Source: an uncultured Desulfarculus sp. (GTDB lineage: Bacteria > Desulfobacterota > Desulfarculia > Desulfarculales > Desulfarculaceae). Taken from it: a stretch of 64,000 bases of DNA. The translations under genes were made by a program, and so were the position numbers. The stretch is from assembly GCA_963665125.2 (NCBI GenBank), contig CAXXUK010000002.1, forward strand, positions 448,001 through 512,000, read 5' to 3'. The notes under the pieces are model-generated. The model made no database searches and was not told the origin of the DNA. It was given only the letters and a program-made list of their open reading frames with translations. This document shows positions 29,156-40,879 of this stretch, one piece after another (positions within the stretch are counted from its first letter, which is position 1; every line of letters starts with the position of its first letter).

Positions 29156-30253
29156 CTAGTAGGCCTGTTTGCGCTCCCGGCCCCAGGCGTCGGCGGCCTT
29201 GATCATGTCGGCAACCACGGCCGGAGTATGCTCAAAGGGCTCGTTGTGCATGCTCTCGCCGGGCGCACAGGCCTTTTCGGCCACCTTGAGCAGGTCCTGC
29301 TCCGTGGCGTCGGCAATGCCCAGGTCGGCCAGGGTGGTGGGCAGACCCACTGATTCGCAGAAGCCGTAGACCTGGTCCATGACCGAGGGGTATTTGTCGG
29401 TCAAAAACAACGACGCCAGCACGCCGAAGGCCACCTTTTCGCCGTGATAGAAATTGTGGGTGCCGGCCAGGGCGGTCAGGCCGTTGTGGATGGAATGGGC
29501 CGCGGCCAGACCGGCGCTCTCGAAGCCCAGGCCGCTGAGCAGGGTGTTGGCTTCGACTATATGCTCCAAGGCCGGAGTCACCGCGCCCGCCCGGCAGGAG
29601 GCCAGGGCGGCCAAGCCATAGTCCTGGAGGGTGTCCCAGCAAAGACCGGCCAGGGCATAGGCGGTCATGGAGCCGGTCACGCCGGCGATATTGGGGGCCT
29701 GTTTGATCTTGCAGGATTCGGCCTCAAACCAGGTGGCCAAGGCATCGCCCATGCCCGACACCAGAAAACGGGCCGGGGCCTGGGCCACGACCTGGGTGTC
29801 TACAACCACCGCGTCGGGATTGCGGGGCAGCAGGTCGGCCCGGGCGAAGACGCCCTCGGGGCTGTAGACCACGCAAACCGAACTGCACGGCGCGTCGGTG
29901 GAGGCGATGGTCGGCGCAGTGATGGCCGGAACCTGGGCCAGATGAGCCACGGCCTTGGCCGCGTCAAGGGTCTTGCCTCCGCCCAGGCCCAGGACCAAAT
30001 CACAGCCGGACTTGCCGAACAGGCCGAAAAGCCGCTGGATTTCATCATCACAACATTCCCGGCCGAATGTCTCGACCACCACCGGGCAGCGCTGTTGCAT
30101 GTCGGGCAGAAGGGCCGGCAGCAGATGCTCTTTTGGGTGGGGCGAAGCGATCAGAAAGGCCTTGCGGCCCAGCCGGGCGCACTCGTCGCCAAGGCGGGAC
30201 AACGCGCCCTTGCCCTGTACATAGCGGCCCGGAAACAAGGTTATGTTAATCAT
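29156..30253 (-). CDS. gldA: Glycerol dehydrogenase
   Basis: PGRYVQG, GGGKTLD, PTIASTDAPCS, GMGDALATWFEA, AAHSIHNGLT, HGEKVAFG. Confidence 0.9.
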   Translation of the reverse strand: MINITLFPGRYVQGKGALSRLGDECARLGRKAFLIASPHPKEHLLPALLPDMQQRCPVVVETFGRECCDDEIQRLFGLFGKSGCDLVLGLGGGKTLDAAKAVAHLAQVPAITAPTIASTDAPCSSVCVVYSPEGVFARADLLPRNPDAVVVDTQVVAQAPARFLVSGMGDALATWFEAESCKIKQAPNIAGVTGSMTAYALAGLCWDTLQDYGLAALASCRAGAVTPALEHIVEANTLLSGLGFESAGLAAAHSIHNGLTALAGTHNFYHGEKVAFGVLASLFLTDKYPSVMDQVYGFCESVGLPTTLADLGIADATEQDLLKVAEKACAPGESMHNEPFEHTPAVVADMIKAADAWGRERKQAY

Positions 30254-30419
30254 CTACGGCATCCTTGGTCAGGTGGTTTTGTTGGCCGGAAAACGACTGG
30301 ACCAGTATGCCTTTGCGGGTTGGCGGCGTCCAGGCCGAAATGAACCCCCATCGCCGCGTGCAGCAAAAAAGCTCCCGCACCAGCGGGCCGGTGCGGGAAC
30401 GCCGTGTCAAAATATTAGG

Positions 30420-30998
30420 TTATTGCTTTTTCATGATAATGCTTTCGGAAGGAATATCGCCGCCTCTGTCGCCGCTGAGCATGTCGCATTTGCCGTTTAC
30501 ATAACTTACGATTATGTCGTGATAACGGGTGGTTCCCGTGCATTTTACGGCATACGAAATATATACCAGACTGCCTTCGACCTTTGTGACGGGATTGCTG
30601 ACGGTGGCTCCCGGACAGGTGCTCATGGTAATTGCGGTTACCTGGCCCTTGGAGTTGAGGGTTAAGGTGCCCGAATCGCTGTCGGTGCTGTACATCCATG
30701 TCCCGCCTATCTGCATGAAACAGGTCTGGGTGATCGTGTCGCCCGAGGGAGTGGGTGTTGCTGTCGGCGCCGGAGTGGGTGTGGGATAGGGCGTTGGCGT
30801 GGCAGTGGGAGCGGAGGTGACAGTGGGGGTGGACGTGGGCGCCGCGGTTTTGGTTGGCTCGGGTGTTGCCGTCGGCGTGGGGTCGAGATACATATCAGCG
30901 ATGGTTTCGCCGCTGCCGCCGCCGGAATGGCAGGCCGCCAAACCCAGACAAACCACCAGGATTGATAAAATGCAGATCATCAGGGTGTTCCGTTTCAA
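30420..30998 (-). CDS. Lipoprotein with Pro/Thr stalk and GxW beta-barrel-like domain
   Basis: TTG start after AAGGAGG; LAAC lipobox, CHSGGGSG, PT repeats, CFMQIGGTW...CDMLSG. Confidence 0.8.
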   Translation of the reverse strand: MKRNTLMICILSILVVCLGLAACHSGGGSGETIADMYLDPTPTATPEPTKTAAPTSTPTVTSAPTATPTPYPTPTPAPTATPTPSGDTITQTCFMQIGGTWMYSTDSDSGTLTLNSKGQVTAITMSTCPGATVSNPVTKVEGSLVYISYAVKCTGTTRYHDIIVSYVNGKCDMLSGDRGGDIPSESIIMKKQ

Positions 30999-31048
30999 CT
31001 TAGCCTCCTTTCCGATTCCGGGCACTGGCGGGATTGTTTTCAACCAAA

Positions 31049-31789
31049 TTATTTGGTTACCGTGAACGTCCCGTTGTCGCCGTGGGCATCGGTGTATGTG
31101 CCGCTTATCTTGTTGCAGCTGCTGGCTGTGCCGGTAAATGTCGATTCGGACGAGTTGCCGAATTTGAACGAAGTTGGCGGTGTGTTGGAACCCACCGAGC
31201 CGGTTGCGTTGTATTTCCATGAATAGCCCGAGCTTATCTGCTGGATAACGCCCGCTATGGCAAAGGCAGCTGTGATATTGGCGATGGTCATCGAAACCTG
31301 AGAATCGCCAAAGCCAGCAACGTTGCTTTTAGTCGTACCGTTCCAGGTGCCTAAAAGACAGTTGGTGCTGGGCTCGGCCGTTGGGGACGGGATCGGTGTG
31401 TTCGTTGGTTCGGGTAGTGGGGTTGAAGTGGGCTCTGCCGTGGGCCAAGCTGTCGGCGTTGCCGTGGGTGTTGCGGTCGGCGTGCCGCCTGGGCACTCCC
31501 ACCGGTCTTTTTTATAATTATAAATAGGGAGATCATAGCCCGAACAGTTTTTTACGCATTCCGAGGCATCGCCATCGTATGGGGCTTGTTGTAAAGTATA
31601 ACCTGAAGGGCACTTGAAGGCGCAGTAATAAGAAGTCCGATCCGCATTCCACACCGCCGTCATATCATATGGACAAGTGGCTTTCTTGGAGCCGCCGCCG
31701 CCGTCGCCGTCTGAACAACTGCTGCTGTCGCAGGCCAGGCCTACGCCTAATATTAATACCGTTAAAAAAATCAAGACCATCCTACGCAT
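31049..31789 (-). CDS. Lipoprotein with Cys-rich N-domain, Pro/Thr stalk and GxW beta-domain
   Basis: GAGG RBS; GLAC lipobox; six further Cys in CPY..C.FKCP..CVKNC..ECP; PT linker; CLLGTW...CNKISG. Confidence 0.78.
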   Translation of the reverse strand: MRRMVLIFLTVLILGVGLACDSSSCSDGDGGGGSKKATCPYDMTAVWNADRTSYYCAFKCPSGYTLQQAPYDGDASECVKNCSGYDLPIYNYKKDRWECPGGTPTATPTATPTAWPTAEPTSTPLPEPTNTPIPSPTAEPSTNCLLGTWNGTTKSNVAGFGDSQVSMTIANITAAFAIAGVIQQISSGYSWKYNATGSVGSNTPPTSFKFGNSSESTFTGTASSCNKISGTYTDAHGDNGTFTVTK

Positions 31790-31860
31790 CGGGCCACCTC
31801 GCTGAACCATTGTGTAAACTGTTTTTACGCCTGATTTAAACACACCTGCCGACCCGGAAC

Positions 31861-31880
31861 TATTGGGCAAATGCCCCAAA
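31861..31880. promoter_or_regulatory. Palindromic candidate operator (copy 1)
   Basis: GGGCA-AA-TGCCC at 31865-31876, in the divergent lipoprotein/LuxR gap. Confidence 0.5.
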
Positions 31881-31910
31881 ATTTGCTATTGCTGTTCAAT
31901 GGTCTGATTT

Positions 31911-32897
31911 ATGCGGTCAAAGGCTGCGGTTATGATGATGAATCAAAAAGTATCTGATTTTTTAAAAGATATTATTAATGCGGGATACAATGTGCCCGCT
32001 GATCAATTGAAAAAAGTGATAATAGACCGCTTTCAGGACCTAATTACATTTGATATGGCCGTATGGGTCAGTGGTCATGCCGAGAATCTGACGGTCCACA
32101 ATACATATCTGTACAACTTGCCAGACAACCTGATGGATTCCTGGGAAAATATTAAATATGAAGACCGGGTCCTGGCCGCTGTATTGGAAGAGCCCGGCGT
32201 TACAGTGAAGGCTTGTGAGCTATATACACCGCAGGAACGCCAGGAGTCTCCGGCATATAAGGATCATTCCAAGTTTTTCGGTATAGAAGCGGTGCTTTCA
32301 ACGGGCCTCATCGACCCCAAAACCGGCCTTTTGGACGCGATAAGCCTTTATCGCCGGGAGCGGGAAAATATATATACTGACGATGACCGCCGGACCAAGC
32401 AGTTTTTGTTTCCCTTCATGATTCAGATTTGGCACCAAAACCAGATTCACTACCTCAAGAGCGTATCCGGCGGCGACTACGGCCAGGCCTCGGCCATTTG
32501 CGACAAGGCGGGCTGGATCCGCAACGCTGACGGGGAGTTCATCGGGTTGTTGAAAAAACAATGGCCTGGCTGGACCGCCCCGGCCCTGCCCCATGAAATG
32601 GCAACGTGGTTGACCGCCGGAAGCGGCGCTCCGTTAAGGACCGGCGAATTGATCGTGACCTCGAAAATGCTTGATGACTTGCACCTGCTTCAGGCCCGGC
32701 CCAGGGGCCCGCTGATCCTGCTTTCGGCCCGGGAGGAAGAGATAGCCGAGGCCTTTGCCTCTGGTCTGTCGTACAAGCGCATTGCCGAGAAGCTTTTTGT
32801 CTCGCCGTCCACAGTGCGCCGCCACCTGGAAAACATCTACAAAAAGCTGGGCGTGTCCAACAAGGTTGAGCTGTTTCAGCTCATCAACCAGGGTTAA
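31911..32897 (+). CDS. LuxR-family regulator with GAF/autoinducer-like N-domain (copy 1)
   Basis: C-terminal LSAREEEIA...GLSYKRIAEKLFVSPSTVRRHLENIYKKLGV HTH; true start may be 31932-31938. Confidence 0.88.
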   Translation: MRSKAAVMMMNQKVSDFLKDIINAGYNVPADQLKKVIIDRFQDLITFDMAVWVSGHAENLTVHNTYLYNLPDNLMDSWENIKYEDRVLAAVLEEPGVTVKACELYTPQERQESPAYKDHSKFFGIEAVLSTGLIDPKTGLLDAISLYRRERENIYTDDDRRTKQFLFPFMIQIWHQNQIHYLKSVSGGDYGQASAICDKAGWIRNADGEFIGLLKKQWPGWTAPALPHEMATWLTAGSGAPLRTGELIVTSKMLDDLHLLQARPRGPLILLSAREEEIAEAFASGLSYKRIAEKLFVSPSTVRRHLENIYKKLGVSNKVELFQLINQG

Positions 32898-32962
32898 GCC
32901 AAGGCCTCAAAAAGAGGCGCGGACCGGATTGCTCCGGCCCGCGCCCATGCTTTTCAGACAGT

Positions 32963-33457
32963 TTATTGCCTGGTTAGAGTGATGGTTTCATCTTGAGCGC
33001 CGTGATGCCCCTTGGTGCCGCTCATTTTGGAGCAGGTGCCCGTTGCGTAGTTGACCAACATGACATAGGCATATCTTTGTCCATCGCATTCGATAAAATA
33101 GGTGATGGTGACGACTCCATTTTCAACCGCGGCGGCCATACTGCCGCTCAGCGTTGTCGACGGACATGAACTGATGGTGATGCCGGTCATGGCGCCGCTG
33201 CTGTCAAAGGTCATGGTGCCGGTGGCCGTGGGGGTGGAGTAATTCCATGTTCCAGCAATGCTGTTCAGGCATTCGTTGTTGTGGGCTTCAGTAGGTGAAA
33301 CCGTCGGGGCTGCGGTTGCCGTTGCCGTGGGCGCTGCCGTCTCCGTGGGGTCCGTAAGATAGTCGGCGGTGGTGCCTTCGCCGCCGCCGGAATGGCAGGC
33401 GATGAAGCCCGCGCAAAAGACCATGACCGTGATTATCATTAACGCATTTCGGTTCAT
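32963..33457 (-). CDS. Lipoprotein with stalk and GxW beta-domain
   Basis: FIAC lipobox, CHSGGGEG, T/A/P linker, CLNSIAGTW...CSKMSG. Confidence 0.8.
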   Translation of the reverse strand: MNRNALMIITVMVFCAGFIACHSGGGEGTTADYLTDPTETAAPTATATAAPTVSPTEAHNNECLNSIAGTWNYSTPTATGTMTFDSSGAMTGITISSCPSTTLSGSMAAAVENGVVTITYFIECDGQRYAYVMLVNYATGTCSKMSGTKGHHGAQDETITLTRQ

Positions 33458-33543
33458 GTTTGTTCTCCGATTGGTTGTAACGCGCTTGTGAAACTAGATG
33501 CCCGCATCACGGTTGCAGCCGATGCGGGGGCTTTACGGCCCTA

Positions 33544-34065
33544 CTACTTTTGCATGGCAATGCTTTCAGGGTCGCCACCGTGGTCTTTGGTGCCGCTCAT
33601 GACGTTGCACTTATCATCGACGAATTTGGCTGTAATCAAATACTTGTATGTCTTGCCAGCGTAAATGACCGTGTACTTGATATACACAGTGCCATCTATC
33701 AACTCGGCATTGGCATTGCCCGTGGTCGTGGTCAGAGTCATGTCACCGCTGTTGGTCTGGGTGATGCCTGTGACCTTGCCGTTGGAATCCAGGGTTAAGG
33801 TTCCCGTGGCACTGCCTGTGGCGAAAGTCCAGGTTCCGCCGATATTCTTGAAACATTCCTGCTGGGCATCCGTTGTCGGAGCATCGGTGGGCACCGGGGT
33901 GGACGTCGGTGTTAACGTGGGTGCAGGCGTGTAGGTCGCAGTTGATGTGGAGGTTGGTATGGGAAGTTGGTCTACCCCACTACCGCCGCCTGAGTGACAA
34001 GCGGCGATTCCAAAGCAAGCCAGCACAACTATCAAGGCGCTGATTACGAAAATGTTTCTCTTCAT
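33544..34065 (-). CDS. Lipoprotein with stalk and GxW beta-domain
   Basis: GGAG RBS, MKRN start, IAAC lipobox, CHSGGGSG, CFKNIGGTW...CNVMSG. Confidence 0.8.
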   Translation of the reverse strand: MKRNIFVISALIVVLACFGIAACHSGGGSGVDQLPIPTSTSTATYTPAPTLTPTSTPVPTDAPTTDAQQECFKNIGGTWTFATGSATGTLTLDSNGKVTGITQTNSGDMTLTTTTGNANAELIDGTVYIKYTVIYAGKTYKYLITAKFVDDKCNVMSGTKDHGGDPESIAMQK

Positions 34066-34319
34066 TTTTAGTACTCCGAAGTGGTCTGATCGGGGCGGCC
34101 CGCAATTAAAACACAATTAACAAACAAAACGCTATTCCTAAATGACCATAGATGATCGTTATGCGCTGAGATTATGCGCAAGCATTTGTTTTGACAACGG
34201 TTTATCAATGTGTCCATAGGTAAAGCCACTACAGGCCAACGCATTGTAAACCATGCGGCCAACGCGGACGATGCTTAACTCTTTCAATGCATTAAAACCA
34301 TATTTGTCACTGGCTTGCT

Positions 34320-34337
34320 ATCCGGCAGATGCCCTAT
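34320..34337. promoter_or_regulatory. Palindromic candidate operator (copy 2)
   Basis: ATCCGGCA-GA-TGCCCTAT; similar core and similar distance (about 64 nt) to the LuxR start as copy 1. Confidence 0.45.
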
Positions 34338-34392
34338 GCTTAGCAAATATCAGTCAAGCTTGATCATTGAGCTTATCGTTATGGAGTGTGAC

Positions 34393-35358
34393 ATGACAGA
34401 AGACCGGCAGCTGCAAAGATTCCTCGAAGAAATTATCAGGGAGAGCTTCACCGACCCGGACAAGGCGCTCAAGGACCGATTGATGAAGCGCCTGCGCGGA
34501 CTTATCCCATTTGACATGGCCCTTTGGGCCAGCGGCCACACTGATGGATTGCGCGTGCATAACTTTTATCTGTACAACTTGCCCGACAGCTTGATGCGGA
34601 CATGGGAGCATATCAAGCACCAGGATCGGCTGCTGGCTGGCATGCTCGAAAATCCGGGCGTAACGTTTGACATGTATGATTACTATGCCAGCGACGAGCG
34701 CCAAAACCTCGAGGTTTATCGAAATCACAGCGCCGTATATAAAATCGAAAACGCCATTTCCACCACGATTAAGGACCCCGATACCGGCCTTCTGGAGATA
34801 ATGAGCCTGTATCGCAGCCAGCCGGATAAACGGTTCAGCGAGGCGGAAAGGCGTCTCAAACAGCTCGTTTTCCCGCTGATGGTCGGGCTTTGGCGCCAGG
34901 GCCAAATACAGTACTTAAAAGTGAAATACTGCGATGCGTCGGGCAGCGCGGCGGCCATCTGCGATGGTGCGGGCTGGCTGCGTTACGCCGAACCGAAATT
35001 CATTTCCCTGGTAAAGGACCAGTGGCCGGACTGGAGCGGACCGGCCCTGCCCGCGGTGCTGGACCTGGTTCGGGCGGCCAAAACCGGCGGCCAATTTCGG
35101 GGCAGCGAGGTGGTTGTGGAATCGGCCATACTCGACGATCTGATCCTGGTGCAGGCCTGGCCAAGGGGCAGCATGACCATGCTGACGCCCCGGGAAGAGC
35201 AGATAGCCGAATCCTACGCCGCGGGGCTGACCTACAAGGAGATTGCAACCGAACTGAATCTGGCTCCGTCCACGGTGCGCAGCCACATCGAAAGCATCTA
35301 CCGCAAACTTGAGGTTTCAAATAAAGTGGAACTGTTTCAACTGGTCAGCCAGGGCTGA
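34393..35358 (+). CDS. LuxR-family regulator with GAF/autoinducer-like N-domain (copy 2)
   Basis: Paralog of 31911 (FDMAxWxSGH, HNxYLYNLPD); HTH LTPREEQIA...PSTVRSHIESIYRKL; GGAG RBS before 34393. Confidence 0.88.
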   Translation: MTEDRQLQRFLEEIIRESFTDPDKALKDRLMKRLRGLIPFDMALWASGHTDGLRVHNFYLYNLPDSLMRTWEHIKHQDRLLAGMLENPGVTFDMYDYYASDERQNLEVYRNHSAVYKIENAISTTIKDPDTGLLEIMSLYRSQPDKRFSEAERRLKQLVFPLMVGLWRQGQIQYLKVKYCDASGSAAAICDGAGWLRYAEPKFISLVKDQWPDWSGPALPAVLDLVRAAKTGGQFRGSEVVVESAILDDLILVQAWPRGSMTMLTPREEQIAESYAAGLTYKEIATELNLAPSTVRSHIESIYRKLEVSNKVELFQLVSQG

Positions 35359-35379
35359 CCAAGACATGGAGGCAGGGCT

Positions 35380-35691
35380 ATGAAGATTTTGTTTATCATT
35401 TCAACGGCAGAAGGCGAGACGATCTACAACGCCATGCGCCTGGCCAACGTCGGCGTAAAAAAAGGCGACGAGATCAGTGTGTTCATGCTGGGCAAGGGCG
35501 TGACCTTTGAGAGCAGCGGAAGTGAGATGTTCGACATCATGGGGCAAATCAATCAGTTCGAGGGCGACTTTTACGTCTGAGGCGTCTGCATGAAAGCCCA
35601 CGGTCTGGAGGGCTCAGCCACCTGCCCCATAGCTTGGATGGACGACCTTTACGAATTGTCCAAGGAGGCGGACAAGGTCATCACGTTCTAA
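35380..35691 (+). CDS. DsrE-family selenoprotein (UxxC)
   Basis: In-frame TGA 35578-35580 in FYV-U-GVC; frame continues MKAHGLEG...ADKVITF-TAA, a typical DsrE C-terminus; SECIS directly after the TGA. Confidence 0.85.
35581..35615 (+). promoter_or_regulatory. Bacterial SECIS element
   Basis: AGCCC-ACGGTCTGGA-GGGCT hairpin; GGTCT apical motif starts 21 nt after UGA, as in E. coli fdhF-type SECIS. Confidence 0.7.
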
Positions 35692-35781
35692 GGCTAAGGC
35701 GGTCTGCTTTATAAAATGAAAACGCCGGTAGGAAGCGCGGGGCCTCCGACCGGCGTTGATTTTATAGAACCGAAGCTTTAA

Positions 35782-36990
35782 CTATCGGCGCAGGTTCTCG
35801 ATGACCGTGGACACGCCCAGGCCGCCGCCGCAGCAGGAGCCGAAAACGCCGTAACGGCCGCCGGTGCGCTCAAGCTGCTTCATGGTGAAGATGCACACAC
35901 GGGAGCCGGAAGCGCCGTTGGGATGGCCAAAGGCGATGGCGCCGCCCAGCGGGTTCCATTTTTCCATGTCCACCTTTTCGCCGGTCTGCTTTTCGATCTC
36001 GCGGATAACGGCCACGTTCTGGGTGGCGAAGGCTTCGTTGCACTCCATTACGTCCATGTCGGCGAGCTTCAGGCCGGCGCGCTTGATGGCCTTGGGCATG
36101 GAGTAACCCGGGGCGATACCCATGATCCTGGGGTCCACGCCGTGGTCGGCGCCGCAGATCCACTTGGCGTAGGGCTTATAACCCAGTTCCTTGGCCTTTT
36201 CGGCGGTCATCATCAAGACGAACGCGCCGCCGTCGTTACGGCCCGAGGCGTTGCCGGCGGTGACCGTGCCGCCCTCTTTGAAGACCGCTTTCAGTTTGGT
36301 CAGACCCTCGAGGGTGGTCTCGGGGCGGGGATGCTCGTCCGTGTCGAAGACCTTCTCGGGGGACTTGCGGGTGGCCGGGAAGACCACGGGGACGATCTCG
36401 TCCTTGAAGTAGCCGTTTTCCATGGCGAACTTGGCCCGGGCCTGGCTGTTGTAGGCAAATACGTCGGCTTCTTCGCGGGTGACGTTGTACATCTCGGCCA
36501 GGTTCTCGGCGGTCAGACCCATGCCGATGTTCTCGTCCTTGACCGGTGACAGCTGGCCTTGGATGGGTAGCGGCGGAATCAGCTTGTAGGGCGCGGTGGC
36601 CATGGAGAATTTGGCGAACATCTGGCTGTAGGCTTCCATGCCGCCGGCGATGGCGATTTCAGCTTCACCTGCCATGATCTTCCACGCGGTGTGGTTGATG
36701 CTGTCGATGGCCGAACCGCACTGCATTTCAACGTAGCTGGCGGTGGTCTCGTAACCCAGGCCGGAGGCCAGGGCCACCCAGCGGGCCGGGTTCATGGCGA
36801 CGGAGCAGTGGGCAGCCGCGCCACACATCAGGGTGTCGACCTTGGCTTTTTCCAGGATGCCGGTTTTCTCGATCAAGCCCTTGGCGGCGACGGCGCCGAG
36901 CTGGGAGGCAAACATATCCCGAAGGGTGCCGCCCATGCGGCCGAAAGCCGTGCGAGCGCCGTCTACGATTACAACTTCTCTTGCTGCCAT
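35782..36990 (-). CDS. Thiolase (acetyl-CoA C-acyltransferase)
   Basis: QCGSA, TAGNASGRNDG, NEAFA, GHPNGASG, CCGGG motifs. Confidence 0.92.
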   Translation of the reverse strand: MAAREVVIVDGARTAFGRMGGTLRDMFASQLGAVAAKGLIEKTGILEKAKVDTLMCGAAAHCSVAMNPARWVALASGLGYETTASYVEMQCGSAIDSINHTAWKIMAGEAEIAIAGGMEAYSQMFAKFSMATAPYKLIPPLPIQGQLSPVKDENIGMGLTAENLAEMYNVTREEADVFAYNSQARAKFAMENGYFKDEIVPVVFPATRKSPEKVFDTDEHPRPETTLEGLTKLKAVFKEGGTVTAGNASGRNDGGAFVLMMTAEKAKELGYKPYAKWICGADHGVDPRIMGIAPGYSMPKAIKRAGLKLADMDVMECNEAFATQNVAVIREIEKQTGEKVDMEKWNPLGGAIAFGHPNGASGSRVCIFTMKQLERTGGRYGVFGSCCGGGLGVSTVIENLRR

Positions 36991-37585
36991 ATTTATTCCT
37001 CACAAAAACAAAGGGTTAAGTCTTCGTCCTGCTGGTGAAAACCGGGACGGACTATTGATTGACTTGTATATTTGGACACTATGATGACGTGCCCATTTAA
37101 ACAATGTTTATTAAGAATGCGGCCGATGCTAAAAATCTGACGACAGAATATACCATAAAAAACAAATGGCACTAAGAAAAATAGGCTAAAAATATAATCG
37201 AAAGGCAATAACCTGGCCATTTACCACAATGAGCGCGCCTGACCAGCCATTACGGCGCGCGGCTTGGTCGATGCAAGAGGATGCGGCGCCTTGTTTTTTG
37301 GGGCATGAGCCGTGGCTTTGGACGTCCGCCGCGCCATATCGGGTGATAAAGACTTCCCAGGGTTTAATATTTCGCTATAATCTCTACTTAATCTTTATGT
37401 GCTGACATTAGTTGGTATTAAGATTTAAAACTAATTGAATAGGGCTGGCTTGGTTGGCCGCGCTCATTCCAACGCTCAAATCCGTCTACGCCCAGCCACC
37501 GGGGCTCAATGCAAGCCCATGACCAGCCGTAAAAAAAGCGGCAGCGCCGTAGTACGCAATAATTGTCTCGGGAGGATCACCGCAA

Positions 37586-40807
<3,222 letters not shown>

Positions 40808-40830
40808 GTCTGCTAATCAATGAGTAACGG

Positions 40831-40867
40831 CCGCCCGCCCCGGTAAACGGAGCGGGCGGTTTCTTTT
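40831..40867 (+). terminator. Terminator after carB
   Basis: CCGCCCGC...GCGGGCGG followed by T-rich tract. Confidence 0.7.
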
Positions 40868-40879
40868 AGGGATGGGGGA

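Noticed and set aside
30750..33960. Short tandem repeats (GTGGGTGTT/GTCGGCGT-like) as CRISPR or VNTR
   Set aside because: They are degenerate codons of the Pro/Thr linkers within lipoprotein genes; no constant repeat-spacer structure.
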